Positions 24,896 through 37,535 of a stretch of 64,000 nucleotides of DNA are shown here, one piece after another. Position 1 is the stretch's first letter; each line of letters opens with the position of its first letter. A program made the position numbers and the translations under genes. Source of the stretch: Podarcis erhardii (taxonomy: Eukaryota); assembly GCA_964252035.1 (NCBI GenBank), contig OZ176203.1. One strand, written 5' to 3'. The notes beneath the pieces are model-generated. The model saw only the letters and a program-made list of their open reading frames with translations. It did no database searches and was not told where the DNA came from.

Positions 24896-25469
24896 TAGTG
24901 TAATGCCACTCAAAGTTTTTCAGTTGTACTCATTAAATAGATCATTTCACCTGGGCCATATTAATAGATGCAAGGTTATTTTCTGTTTGGAAATTATTTC
25001 CAATAATACCTGTACTTTGCAAATGTCAGCACAGTCAGAATGTTTATGATATGAACATTATTTTCCAATATATTGGATACTAATGTTACTGATATTAGTG
25101 TTAATGTGATAAATCTTTTCCGCTCTGGAAACAAAGTATTTAGTGCAAAATATGATTCAGTTCTTGGATCTCCCTAGTTTAAAACGTTTTCCTAAAACAG
25201 TCCTTAAAGAAAAAAAGGACTATGACACAGCATTGATTTTAATAGCTAAAGCACAAATACTTATTATATGAAACCTAAAATTAAGATAATTCAGCAGTGC
25301 AAAATATTATCCTTGATGGGCGCTGGTAAGTACAGATTTATCTGCCCAAAACTTCAGTTTCATTTTTGTTATTAAGAACACTGAATATTAAAAGAAAATC
25401 CTTTTGAATATTTGTTTTACAGCGGGCAATAGGAAAGGATTAAAATACCTTAATCAGACTGGGGAGGGG

Positions 25470-25641
25470 NNNNNNNNNNNNNNNNNNNNNNNNNNNNNNN
25501 NNNNNNNNNNNNNNNNNNNNNNNNNNNNNNNNNNNNNNNNNNNNNNNNNNNNNNNNNNNNNNNNNNNNNNNNNNNNNNNNNNNNNNNNNNNNNNNNNNNN
25601 NNNNNNNNNNNNNNNNNNNNNNNNNNNNNNNNNNNNNNNNN
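25470..25641. other. Assembly gap (N run)
   Basis: N bases. Confidence 1.
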
Positions 25642-28108
25642 TTTCCCTGACAGATGGACAGGGGTGCACTCAAATTGAATTCAGCTTTAATTGCATTGTG
25701 CCATTTAAAATTTTATCTGCTCCACAGATTTTGTTTACAGGTTTCGGGATTCCAGACCTTTGGAAATATTGCCCCCCCCTGCTCTAGCTGTGTGAAACAC
25801 CCCTATAATTCTCTATGAGTACTATCTGATGACTGTTCCTGATTTTCATATCTCCAAATAGTGACTTCTATTTTTAAACAGCTGCAAAACCAAAATGTTT
25901 CCTGTCTGCGGGTTTTCAAGTTTGGAATGGAGAGAGGTGTAAATGATGTTTGCTCACTGTGTGCCTTTTCCTCTAATCAGTAGAACTCTTTGGAAACAGA
26001 TACATTTGAAAATAAGGCCAGAACTGTGGAGGCACATCTCTGATTGGTTTATTTCCTACGAAGGCATTGTAAATTGTCAATCATTAGTCTGTCACCTTGA
26101 GCGGTACATGCCTGAGATTAAAAGATAAACTTAGAGTGAACGAATAATTATATTGTAAAGATTTATTTTAGCTTCTGTTTGTCTTGGGTTGTACAGAATG
26201 TGCTAACTCCCCCCCCCCAACCAGCACATGAAATATTAATAGATTGTTTACTTATGCCCTAATACTTTTTTGTGATCTTAATTCTGGATATTTTGCCATT
26301 TTATTTATTTTTGAAAAGTTTTCCCAATAAACCTGGGACTCTGATGCCTCTGAGCATAATCCGGACAACGTTAACGCCATATTCAACGGGAGACTGAGAA
26401 GTATATTGTCTTTTCTCCCTCTTTTGCACCGAGATTTGACTTTTTAACTGTGAGAAAGCGACCTTCATTTTTCACACTCTGCTTAGTCTGAATACTGCTT
26501 CAAATGTGAGGTTTTCCCCCATGGCTCAGTTCAAACACCAGGTTAAATCCTGGTTTGAGTGTATAAACCTAAGAGGGCAATTGTGGCTTGCATCTGCTTA
26601 TCTGCTTCCATCTGTTCAGTAGTCCTGTCTTGAGGTGGAATGCCCTCTGGAGGAGATCAAGTACAGGCCATAACTGTGGCTTGTAAATTTAGTCCACATG
26701 CCAAGCCTGATCTACCACAAGCTATGGTTAGCAAATCCACTTCAAACAATGGCTTCCGAATCTGGTTTCCTGGCCTATTGCAGATTTATGGCTCCTCAGT
26801 TTAGGTATCAAACTAGTTCACATAATAACAGCAGCAGCAACCACCACCTTAGGGTTTTTTTTAGCCATCCAGGAAATGATCTTGATTTTGGGAAGCAGAC
26901 CGCTCTGTAGGAAGATCTGGCAGCAGAGAAGGCCTTTCTCAGAGGAAGTCAGGGAGGGACATGCCCGGCATTTTATCCTTGCAACAGAATGTGAGGTAAC
27001 CTAGGTGGAGAGATAATGACAGCTCAATCTCAGTGCATTTCATGGTTTGTGGAGGATTTGAATACAGGACTTTAATTTTGATTGTGTTACTCCACATGGG
27101 CTGTCAGTTGTCCAGGAGATAAATGAATACCCCAAGGAGAGCAACCTGCAGCTCTAACCCAATTTTATGTAGATGTCCATCGGGTCTCCCCAAACTCCCC
27201 CATTTCTTCCTTTCTCTTGGGTTCCTTATTTTTCCAGGCTTTAAAAAAACACGTTTCCCCATACCTCTGTATTCTTTCAGAACAACGGAGAGGGGCAGCA
27301 TTTGATAAAAATAGATTGATTCTTTTTCAGACAACGTTGTTTTCTGGTTGTATGGCTTTGGGGAAAGCATTCTCCCATCCCAGTTGCCTGAGAACAAGTT
27401 GGTAGACTTCTGCAATGTATGTATGTGCATCTATACTAAAATCAGAAAGGAATTGCTTTCAGTTTCTTTCCAGAACAGTAGCAGCATACTCATTTGAGAA
27501 GAACTCTGTTAAAACCAGTGGGGATGACTTCTGAGTAGACCTGAATACCGCTGGGAATTCTAATCTGAGATTGTCATGGTGAAAACAGAAGGAGTGTAGT
27601 CTTTCTTTTGGATTAGTTAATCCAAAACACTTTTATTTCTGGATTTTTAGTTAATCCAGAACACCCATCATTTGCGTGAGGTCCCAGGGGGAAAAGTTGC
27701 TCATTGCTGACATTATCTACAAAGGTTCTCTTAGAGCTGGCTTAATGTAACCACGCCATTCCATATTCTGTGTGGGTAGCATGTATCCCATACTTTATAT
27801 CTGAGTCCATGTTATCACCCTCACATTTAGGTTTGAAAGAAAACAATGCAGATATAAGATACGTGTGTGTGTGAGAGGAGATTCCCTCTCCAACTTAATG
27901 GAGAAATAGAAGAAGCTCACATTTTTCATAACCAATATTGGGCTGTAGATAATTGAACTAGGGGCATAGAAACAAAGCTGAGGAAGTCAGAATACAAGAT
28001 AAAAAGGGATACTCTTGGAGCTGCAGCAAAACTTGAATTATTTCTCTTGAAAGGTCTCTCTCACTGTATATTAGTGCTCTTTGAGCCAGTTTGGACATAA
28101 TGCTAAAG

Positions 28109-28432
28109 CAGGGGTCAGCAAACTTTTTCAGCAGGGGGCCGGTCTACTGTCCCTCAGACCTTGTGGGGGGCCGGACTATATTTTGAAAAAAATAACAATG
28201 AACAAATTCCTATGCGCCACAAATAACCCAGAGATGCATTTTAAATAAAAGGACACATTCTACTCATGTAAAAACACCAGGCAGGCCCCACAAATAACCC
28301 AGAGATGCATTTTAAATAAAAGGACACATTCTACTCATGTAAAAACACGCTGATTCCTGGACTGTCCGCGAGCTGGATTTAGAAGGTGATTGGGCCGGAT
28401 CCGGCCCCTGGGCCTTAGTTTGCCAACCCATG
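28109..28432 (+). mobile_element. hAT (Charlie-like) MITE, long form
   Basis: Same TIRs as 13417; perfect 8-bp TSD TGCTAAAG at 28101-08 and 28433-40; two internal 61-bp direct repeats. Confidence 0.93.
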
Positions 28433-29702
28433 TGCTAAAGGATGGTTTAATGTGATGTCATTGAGCATTTACCCTCCTAATCTGGCATGACCATGAGAAA
28501 GGAATTCACAGTATTTTGCTTCTTTTTATTTATCTCAGCAGGCTGTGTCCTATTAAACCCATCCAAACTATGCTTGATCTTAACTCTGCTCAGTGGAAAT
28601 GAACCAACTTTAAGGCATAGTTTATGAAGCTGACTTATTTCAACTAATGGTAGTTAGGATTATCCAGTTTAGGGTTTGGATGACAATCTAAACTGCTGCC
28701 AGTGTGAGCTAGAGGGGACTAGTTAGAAACAACCGTGCATTCTTTGCTATTTTTCATATTTCTGGTTTCTATTTTAAAACATTAAGCTGCTGCTATAAAC
28801 TCTTGACTAAACTCTTGTCCTTTTTTGAGAATGGATTTTTATGGCTGGAAACTAAATTAGCTTTTTTTATTTAAATGGAACTGTATACCCACAAATTCCT
28901 CCCCCTCTTCTCTTGGCAGCCTTGGTCACTTGTAGTTAATTAAGATTTCAGACATGAAGTTGCCAATCAAGATAGCAAATGTACTTCCCTCTCCTGTTTT
29001 CACAAGCAGGCACCTAGAGATTCAGTACATTGCCTTGGTAGCTGGTATGTGATATCTCTCTCTAGTTTATAGCGTGGTACAATGATGCCATTGCCCCATG
29101 TGGCAAATGGTGTAAGCTATTGTAAAACTGTTTGTCTATGTGATTAAGACATTGCAGCAGTGTGCAGCACCATCCAATTACTTTTTTAATTTAATTATGC
29201 TAGGAAAAAAGAGAATAGCATAATAGAAAGTCTTGTCATAGGGAATATGTAAAATGTAAATTGAAGAGCCATGAACATTTCATGCATTGGCAGTCTGATT
29301 TGTTCTTATTTTCAACTTGTTATGAAGAGTGAGTTTCTTAAATGCAATAAAACAAGACATAGCAGCATTTAGTAATTACTTAGTTCTACATCAAAATAAT
29401 TATATACAGTGTGTGTTTGTAGCTACTCCGAAACCAGAAGACTTCGGGGCCCATATCAATTTTGTCTTTTAGACAGTGTAAATAAAGCTGAATCTTCAAC
29501 TTTCAAATTAAAACTGATAACCTTGGGCAATCAGGGCTTTTATAAAAAAAGAAGGGGGGAGACTTTAGCTTGCCTTGGAACAGGTTGTGTCTCTGGAATG
29601 CTTCTGGGACTAAAGAGATCAATTAAGTGTGTATAAACAAACAGTTGGAAAAAAGCTACTAAAACAACAGAGGAGAAATCTCTCTATTGGGCTCCAGGGG
29701 CC

Positions 29703-30066
29703 NNNNNNNNNNNNNNNNNNNNNNNNNNNNNNNNNNNNNNNNNNNNNNNNNNNNNNNNNNNNNNNNNNNNNNNNNNNNNNNNNNNNNNNNNNNNNNNNNN
29801 NNNNNNNNNNNNNNNNNNNNNNNNNNNNNNNNNNNNNNNNNNNNNNNNNNNNNNNNNNNNNNNNNNNNNNNNNNNNNNNNNNNNNNNNNNNNNNNNNNNN
29901 NNNNNNNNNNNNNNNNNNNNNNNNNNNNNNNNNNNNNNNNNNNNNNNNNNNNNNNNNNNNNNNNNNNNNNNNNNNNNNNNNNNNNNNNNNNNNNNNNNNN
30001 NNNNNNNNNNNNNNNNNNNNNNNNNNNNNNNNNNNNNNNNNNNNNNNNNNNNNNNNNNNNNNNNNN
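29703..30066. other. Assembly gap (N run)
   Basis: N bases. Confidence 1.
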
Positions 30067-32022
30067 ATTCTGTCATAGGATGCTAACATAGTTTTTAAAA
30101 ATATGCCTGCCTCAATAAACTTCCCCTTTCGCTGCATGACAAAGATTATTGGGCTTAAATTTTTATTTCTAAAAAAAGAAAAGAAAGACCTTGGACTGTT
30201 AATCTTTTTAGTAACTGGAGCCATTTGTTTCAAATCAGAATTTTAATAATTTACACATCTTGACATAAAAAGACTTTCTTATTTTAATAGCCACTCCATT
30301 CGAAACCCTTAAAAGGACCCTTACAATAAGGGTGGGAAGAAGGTAGAACTCAGGATCATTGGCAAGGGCTTCAGATTTTCAGTCGACTAGCAAAAAGCAT
30401 TTGAAAAGTCTCTCCCCCCCCCCCCATCTCCAAAAAGCAGAGTGCTGAAAAGGAATGCTTGGAAGAAAACCAGAAATTGATTTGTTGGTGAAAGGACTTA
30501 TGAGCTTGGCTCTGGTACTGGTCACAAATTCCTGGGCTGAGCATGTGCTCAGAGTCTCCCTGTCACTTAATTCTTAGCTTATTCTGCCCACCTGAGCCAC
30601 TGTTTTACATATAGCTCTGGATGGCAAGCCTCAGTATTTTAGCAGAGGACTAAGTAGTAGATCCCAAGGGTCTGAATCTTTTCACCCTGTCTTCTAGTTC
30701 TTAAACTGATAATTTATAGATTATAGACTCCCTTACTTTTTATATTTGGTAATGGCATTCTTATAGGACAATTCTGTTTATGTTCATTCAAAAGTAAATC
30801 CTGTTGTGTTCAATAGAAACTGGGTATAGAATTGCATCCAAAAGTATTTACGATTATTGTGTAAATTTATGTTGCCTTCCTTTTTAAGCTGTTTCCTATG
30901 GTGCACACGTCTCTGTCCTTCTATCTGAAATGGTGAAACCACATTCCATTTACTAGTTCATATTGTCTACTTGCTGTTGCTTTGCTTGCCCCTTGGGTGA
31001 GTAAGATAAACAAAACAGGGGACTTTGGTTTCACGTTATGTCCAAACCAGGGATTGTTTCTCCTTCAGAGTGGCGGACCTTGGTGTCTCAAATTTCAGCA
31101 GCGCCCTGTTCAACACCAGAATCTGGCCCACTCGCCTCTTGCCTTCCATTGGATGTCATAGTTGCCGTGCCTGCTTTGGCACCCCATGCTTGGTGCAAAA
31201 GATTTGCCTTTGTGCTTAACATAACATAGTCACTAGCCAACTTAAAGCAATGGTTTATTGTTGGCTTGCTGAAACTTGTTAGGAAGAAACATTAGAAAGT
31301 AATGGGAAGAAAAGTTTTCCTAAATTTGCTTATCTTGCCTATGCCAGCTGGGGGAGGAACAAACGGAATGATCAGGCAACATGCTCGTTCCTGGTAAATC
31401 ACAATGCCAGAAAGTCTGATTCGTGATGATGCGTGAACATGGCTGACGAAAGAAAACACCATCAGAACATTTCCAAGCCCAGAATTCCTAAAACACCAGA
31501 GAGTGCTTCCAGACAGGTTTTTTAACAAGGATTGGTGCTCCTCATACATGCAAGTTCTTTTACAGCATCCACACAACATCGTTGTCAACCAGATGTCAGC
31601 CTGTATCTCCACCCTCACTCCCCAGTTAGTCTGGATTCAATATGGTAGAAATCCACAAAGTTAAAAAACAAACAAACTGTTGTCAGTTACCTGTTTGTGG
31701 TCTCAATGACCTACCTGCAGTATTAAGCCCCATTTTGGAAACACTTATAGCCCATTTTTGAGTCAAGAAAAATTAAAACCATCAGTTTAGAAAATTTATG
31801 GGCTCATGCAGTCATTAGCATCTGTGGCACCTTAGTGCTCCTTAGTCTAGTCGAAATTAAGCTAATTTCCATTGCAGTTTCAGTGATTAAACTTCTTGGG
31901 TAGTTTTATTGCTTAGGTTACTCTGCAAGGTGCCATACAAGTTGATTAGGTGGTATTCAGTGTAAGTTCCACTCAGAGTAGATCCACTGCAATTAAGAGA
32001 CATGACTAATTTAGGGTCGATA

Positions 32023-32075
32023 GGTCCATGTGGTCACGAAGAGTTGGACATGACTAAACGACTAAGCAACAACAA
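32023..32075 (+). mobile_element. BovB/RTE LINE 3' terminal fragment
   Basis: GGTCCATGTGGTCACGAAGAGTTGGACATGACTAAACGACTAAGCAACAAC resembles the recalled BovB 3' end with a (CAA) tail. Confidence 0.7.
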
Positions 32076-35000
32076 GAAGTTTCAGTGTGTCTGCTGTGGG
32101 TAATACTTAATTGAATGCAACCCATAACAATAAGAGCAACCTTTGGGCAAAACAGGTGATTCTGGAGATCTTGTAGACCACAAGAATCTAAAATGCCGTT
32201 TGAAGGTTTCTTACTTTATATTTTATCTGCCATGTAAGTTTTTTTTTTTAAAAAAAAGCATTTTGAATATAACCGTTTTCAAATTTGTAGTGTAGTAATT
32301 ATCAGGAAAGTGTAATGCTCTTAAGATTACACTTGTCTCCAGTATAGTCCATATTCTTAAACTGGAGTTGCCACATAAATATTCAGAAAAATGATACCGA
32401 GTCACAAAGTCCCAAGGTAATGTTTGCAAAGTAGCACTTTACAGATGGGAGGGACAGGAGAGGGAAGCTACTGTTGACTTTGTCCTGTTACAGCAATTTT
32501 AGATGGACAAATTGCAGTTGAGGAAATTTCATGACTCGGTAAAATGAGCAATGATGACATCTGTGGATGCAGGTCTGTTCATATCTTTGCAGAGCCTTTA
32601 GGGAAATAAATATCTCGGAACATTCGGTGAAGTGAAGCTCACTCAATAAATCAACCTGACACAATAACACTTCTGGCACATGAGCTTTGCTTTCTCCTCA
32701 GCACCACCTACCCCTCTGTGTTCCTGAGCTACCAAATGGTGTCTCCCCACAGGCCTCTAAATCAAATTGGTGCACACAAATACAGTGAGAATTTATTGGG
32801 AATTGGTTTTGTTTGGCAAAAACATTACTTATTAGATGAACTGAGATGATAATACATTTTGACCCTTTAAGTACTGAACCGTTTTAGACATCTTGATACA
32901 AGTAAAGAAGACTCATGGAAACTGCCTACTTAACTTTAAGCAGGGAAAAACCCAAACCTTTTTCACTGCCTCTGCCTCCCAGTAAGTCGTTGCACTGCTC
33001 CAGTGTAGAGATACCAATAGTACTTTGCAGTCTATACATAGTCTACAAATTGGGAACCAGCTTTGAAAATGAACACTTCCTTTTTCTTCCTCCCTAGTCT
33101 GCCACAAACCAATTTTCTTTCACTATGTAGCCTTAACTGTGGATTAATTTTACATACATACTGGTGTTCCATCTTAGCTTAGGTCTGAAAGCAGTGTTGG
33201 ATGTGGATTTCCAGATGCTTGTTACAACAATTCATAATTAGCACTGGCAAATGATTGGAGGGTGAAATTCATCAGAGTTTGGGTAGGGGAGGGAATATCT
33301 TCCCAATGCTGATTTTCTATTTATAAATCATCGTTGGCAGATCTATTGGCACCTGCTTAAACAACATTCGTTTGCAATTGTGTTCAAATGAGAGTTTATC
33401 TAGTTATGTTTAAAACATGGAACATATTTTAAAATTATGTTACCGGACTACTATGCCTATATATCTTTATCTTTCTATCCACACATTATGGTAAAATACA
33501 GTCTTCACAAAATAGTTGTAAGCAGAGAGATTCTCCCTTATTAACTCTATTCCTGGCCAGCAATGGTCTGTGTGACCATAGGCCAAAGAGGGGCTACCGT
33601 ACATCTGCTGGCAAATGATGACATCACACGTATTTCCATGGAGACAGAACATTTAAAGCTATCTCTTCCTCATTTTCATACTTAACAAAATTGGTCCCGA
33701 CTGATTAGCTCTTAATGTAAACCTGGATTGACTCTGGATTTATTTCATAACAATTAAAAGTACTTTTACAGGATTTAAAATAAACGTCGTAATAGCTTCT
33801 CACTAGGGCCTGGCAGATATTCTTAAAAAAACACACCATGCAGCGGTGAGTGTGTGACCACCTGGGCAACTGTTTTGTGATTACCTAGCACCAAGTGCTT
33901 TGAGATAAATTTATCCAGAGCAGATTTATCAAGTTTTTAGTGGGATTTAACCAAGATTAGCTAATTTTAATACTAAGAAGAGCATCCCTAGTACGTTCTA
34001 GAGAAGAAACAGTGCCCCTTCAAAGCTAGAAGCATGCCCCACGGTGACAACCTAATGTAACCGATCAAATTTTGGGCTAATGAACCTTGGCCGGTGACCT
34101 TTCATGTAGTGATGGATCACATGTGCCAAAGCTAAACTATCTACAAAATTACTGCAATGTTAAAGCTTCAACTAGGAGCTTCATTTGTTTTTCTTCTGGT
34201 AAAAAAAAAGAAGTCTGTTTCAAATCCTATTTGCCCCTTATCTCTGTTTGTTCAGTTGTTTTTAATATCACGTACTGAAAGAATTTCAATAGCTGTTTCA
34301 CCATGAAGTCATTTGTTATCCTTCAGCGGGTCTTTGCCTTCTGAATTGTAAAGTAGGCCTTCACTATTTGCATCCTCCAGATGGAGCAGCATATAAACAC
34401 TCCCAGATATTTCTAGTAAGTATGAAAAAAAAACATCTCATTTGTCCTTTCTGTGAATAAATAAGAGAGTGTCAAATTTTATAGACTAATAAATTTGTAT
34501 GCTGGGAGTGACATTGAATCTCTCATGGCCTGCAATGTCAGAGACCCTGAGAGAGACGATCTTTTTTTGTTTTGTTTTCAAATGTATACTAAGTCAAGTA
34601 GAGGTTCAATAAAAAGCCAGGGAATTTGATTGTGTTGTTTGTCCGCCCAGTAGACTAATTCAGTTGCAATTTGCCATGAGGAAATACAATTTACATTTTT
34701 CCCAGGGTTGCATAAGCAATCACAAAGATAGTCACGAAAGAAGAATGGAAGGAATGGTTAAGAAGCACTTTAAAGCCATATTTTATATGTACTTAAAAGA
34801 AAATAACACTTTCGAACCGAAAATGATTTTTGCGCTTCTGGCCTTCTATATAATGCAGTATGTCATATAAGCCAGAGTTGTCAGGGAAAATCCACCAGAA
34901 AGGTTATCCTGTGTACATGCCATTGAAATGAATGGGTTTCCCCCCAGTTTTCTTCATTTCAGTTGGGTTTCAGAGGAAAAGTTCCCTAGTGGTTTATTTA

Positions 35001-36266
35001 TTTATTTGTTTGTTTGTTTGCTTGGCATTCTCAACATTGTACTGCCTGGTGTTGTTGAATGAGTCTTTTTCTTTTTCAACACCTTTTTTTAATACCAAAA
35101 GAACACACAGCAAATACATGCTCATTTTCATTGCAATATTAAATCCCCCAAAATATTATAGCCCCACGGTCCTTCTGCATTTGATTGCAATCTCTTCTCC
35201 ATCTCCTACTTAACAGAGTAACAGTTAAGATGGGTTTTAGAAAAATAAAAAATAAAATCCTGAATGTGTTTTTAATAAATTCCTAAGAAGCAACTTTTCT
35301 GAGGAACTACTCCAAGATATAGTGTATTTTTGGTAGCTCTCTATGAAATTCTTGTTTGGAAAGGGTCTATTCATTTCCATTAACCAAATTTTTGGGTAAC
35401 TGCTTCACATAGCAAATTTCAGGTGTGTTGAACTGACTGCGGAGCCTTGATTATATATATAACTGTTACTTAGAAGTAGCCTCTAAGGTGGTTTCCTGAT
35501 TGGTTGGGTCATGAAAGTCCAGTTCTTAGAGTGGAAATCTGTACCTGAAAAAAATGACTAGAGAATCCACAATTCCTATACATTCTTCCATGCACAGTAT
35601 ATTTTTGCAGAGTATATATCCATGAGTTGCTACAGGGGCACAATTTGAGCATTTAAATTTTTTTGCAAGGGCAAGGGATGTCTGGTAAAGGCCTGTTCTT
35701 TGATGTATATGCACTAAAAGAAGCATATTTTAAAAACATTTTTATTCCCTCCTAACCGGAGATTTAGATTTTTATGTAGAATAATCTCACTTCAGTAGCA
35801 CAGAGTGAGCAAGTTGAAAACCGCCTGCCAGCTAATTTCACCATTGAATCTCTATCCATTGCCCCCAGGTGACTCCAAGAAGTGCTTCTACCTCTGTCAT
35901 TATTCACTGACCACAAAACATTCTACAAAGGACATCAATAAATTATATCTAATATTTATTTTCTTTGCATAGTAATTAGAGAGGAATGAGGCAAACTCAT
36001 AGTATCCAGCACTGAATTGATTTGTGAAAATGTATTTTGATGACTGAAGTTCTAAGCTTACCAAAATGAAATATTTGAGAAAGAAATATTTGAAATCAAT
36101 ATTACGAAATCTTCTGAAATTGTTACATAGCAACAAAGAGACTCAATAAAACAAATTAAAATGTAAAGTATAAGCAACTGTGTTGTATCACTATTAGCAG
36201 TGCTTGCTTTGTCATCCAAGACAGAGAGTAGACATTTCTCTGATAATATCTCAGATTGTGATACCG

Positions 36267-36375
36267 TCATAGAATCATAGAGTTGAAAGGGACCACTAGG
36301 ATCAGCTAGTCCAACTCCCTGCAGTGCTTGAACCCACAACCTTGAGATTAAAAGTCTCATGCTCTACTGAGCTAC
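36267..36375 (-). mobile_element. tRNA-Lys-derived, CR1-tailed SINE (Squam3-like), internally deleted
   Basis: Minus strand: TAGCTCAGTAGAGCATGAGACTTTTAATCTCAAGGTTGTGGGTTCAAG ... TTCAACTCTATGATTCTATGA. Confidence 0.75.
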
Positions 36376-36608
36376 CCCAGCTTGGATTTTGTTCACTTGT
36401 AAAGGTCTATGTGGCCTAGGCCAGAGATTCTTAAGAAACATCATCTCCCACACATAACGGCATCATTTTGCAATTTTTAACAAAAGTGCTAATGAAAATT
36501 TGTCAGCCATTTAGTTTTGCATTTTCCCTGATATACACACTTCATAGGGACTTTCGTTTAAGAGACACATTTTTGCAAGCAGTGTTCTTCTGCATGCTTT
36601 TTTAAAAA

Positions 36609-36864
36609 TATGGTCATACCTCAGGTTAAATATGCTTCGAGTTGAGTGCTTTCGAGTTGCGCTCCTCGGCAACCCGGAAGTAACAGAGCGTGTTACTTCT
36701 GGGTTTCGCCGCTTGCGCATGCGCATGCGCTCAAAATGACGTCATGCGCAGAAGCGGCGAAAAGCGACGCGTGCATGCGCAGACGCACCATCGCTAGTTA
36801 TGTTTACCTCTAGATGCGAACGGGGCTCCGGAACGGATCCCGTTCGTATCTAGAGGTACCACTG
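36609..36864 (+). mobile_element. Tc1/mariner (Tigger-like) MITE, CpG-rich
   Basis: Right TIR GTATCTAGAGGTACCACTG+TA; left TIR degenerate; inverted partial copy at 49560-49750. Confidence 0.82.
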
Positions 36865-37535
36865 TATAAGCATTTTTGTTTGTGGGGGAGGAGGAACTGC
36901 ATCGCAAAATTCAGAAGAGCAGGGCTCCATTTTGGCCCATGGCACTGCCCCTCCCCCATATGCATGCAAGATGGATTGTACCAAAACTTAGTGCCCTTGA
37001 TTCAACAAGTTCAAAATGGGCATAACTCTTAAAATCATAATTTTGCCCAAAGTTTAATAGAGCCGTTCCTTCTGCCACAGCATGCCAATCCACACAGTGG
37101 TGCGTGCCTGCAAGGTAGTGCATACATGTATGCTTTCTCTTGGTCATATGTACACCATGCACAAATTCTTGTCTGAGAAGTTTTGCTTGAGTATCATAAA
37201 GTTACACAAAGTTTGTGCTTTATAGTGCAATCCATCCCAGTGCTTCAGTGTATGAGGAAGGATGCCAGGGTAATCCATGATTCCCCATGATGTAAAGAGC
37301 TGCACTGGCCTTGCATACTCTCCTCTTCCCCTCAAGCATGACTGTGAAGAGGAGAAATAGAAGCTTTCGCTTCCATTTAAATGAATCATGGCTTTCCATG
37401 TCACCCAAGTCTGGCAAACTGCAGTTAACTTTTACTGCTGTTGGTTCCGAACAAGCCAACTTAGTGACTGAAACTGGCTTGCTTCCACGAACAGTTGTTA
37501 AGATTAACCACAGTTACAGGTTTAGGTGACACACT

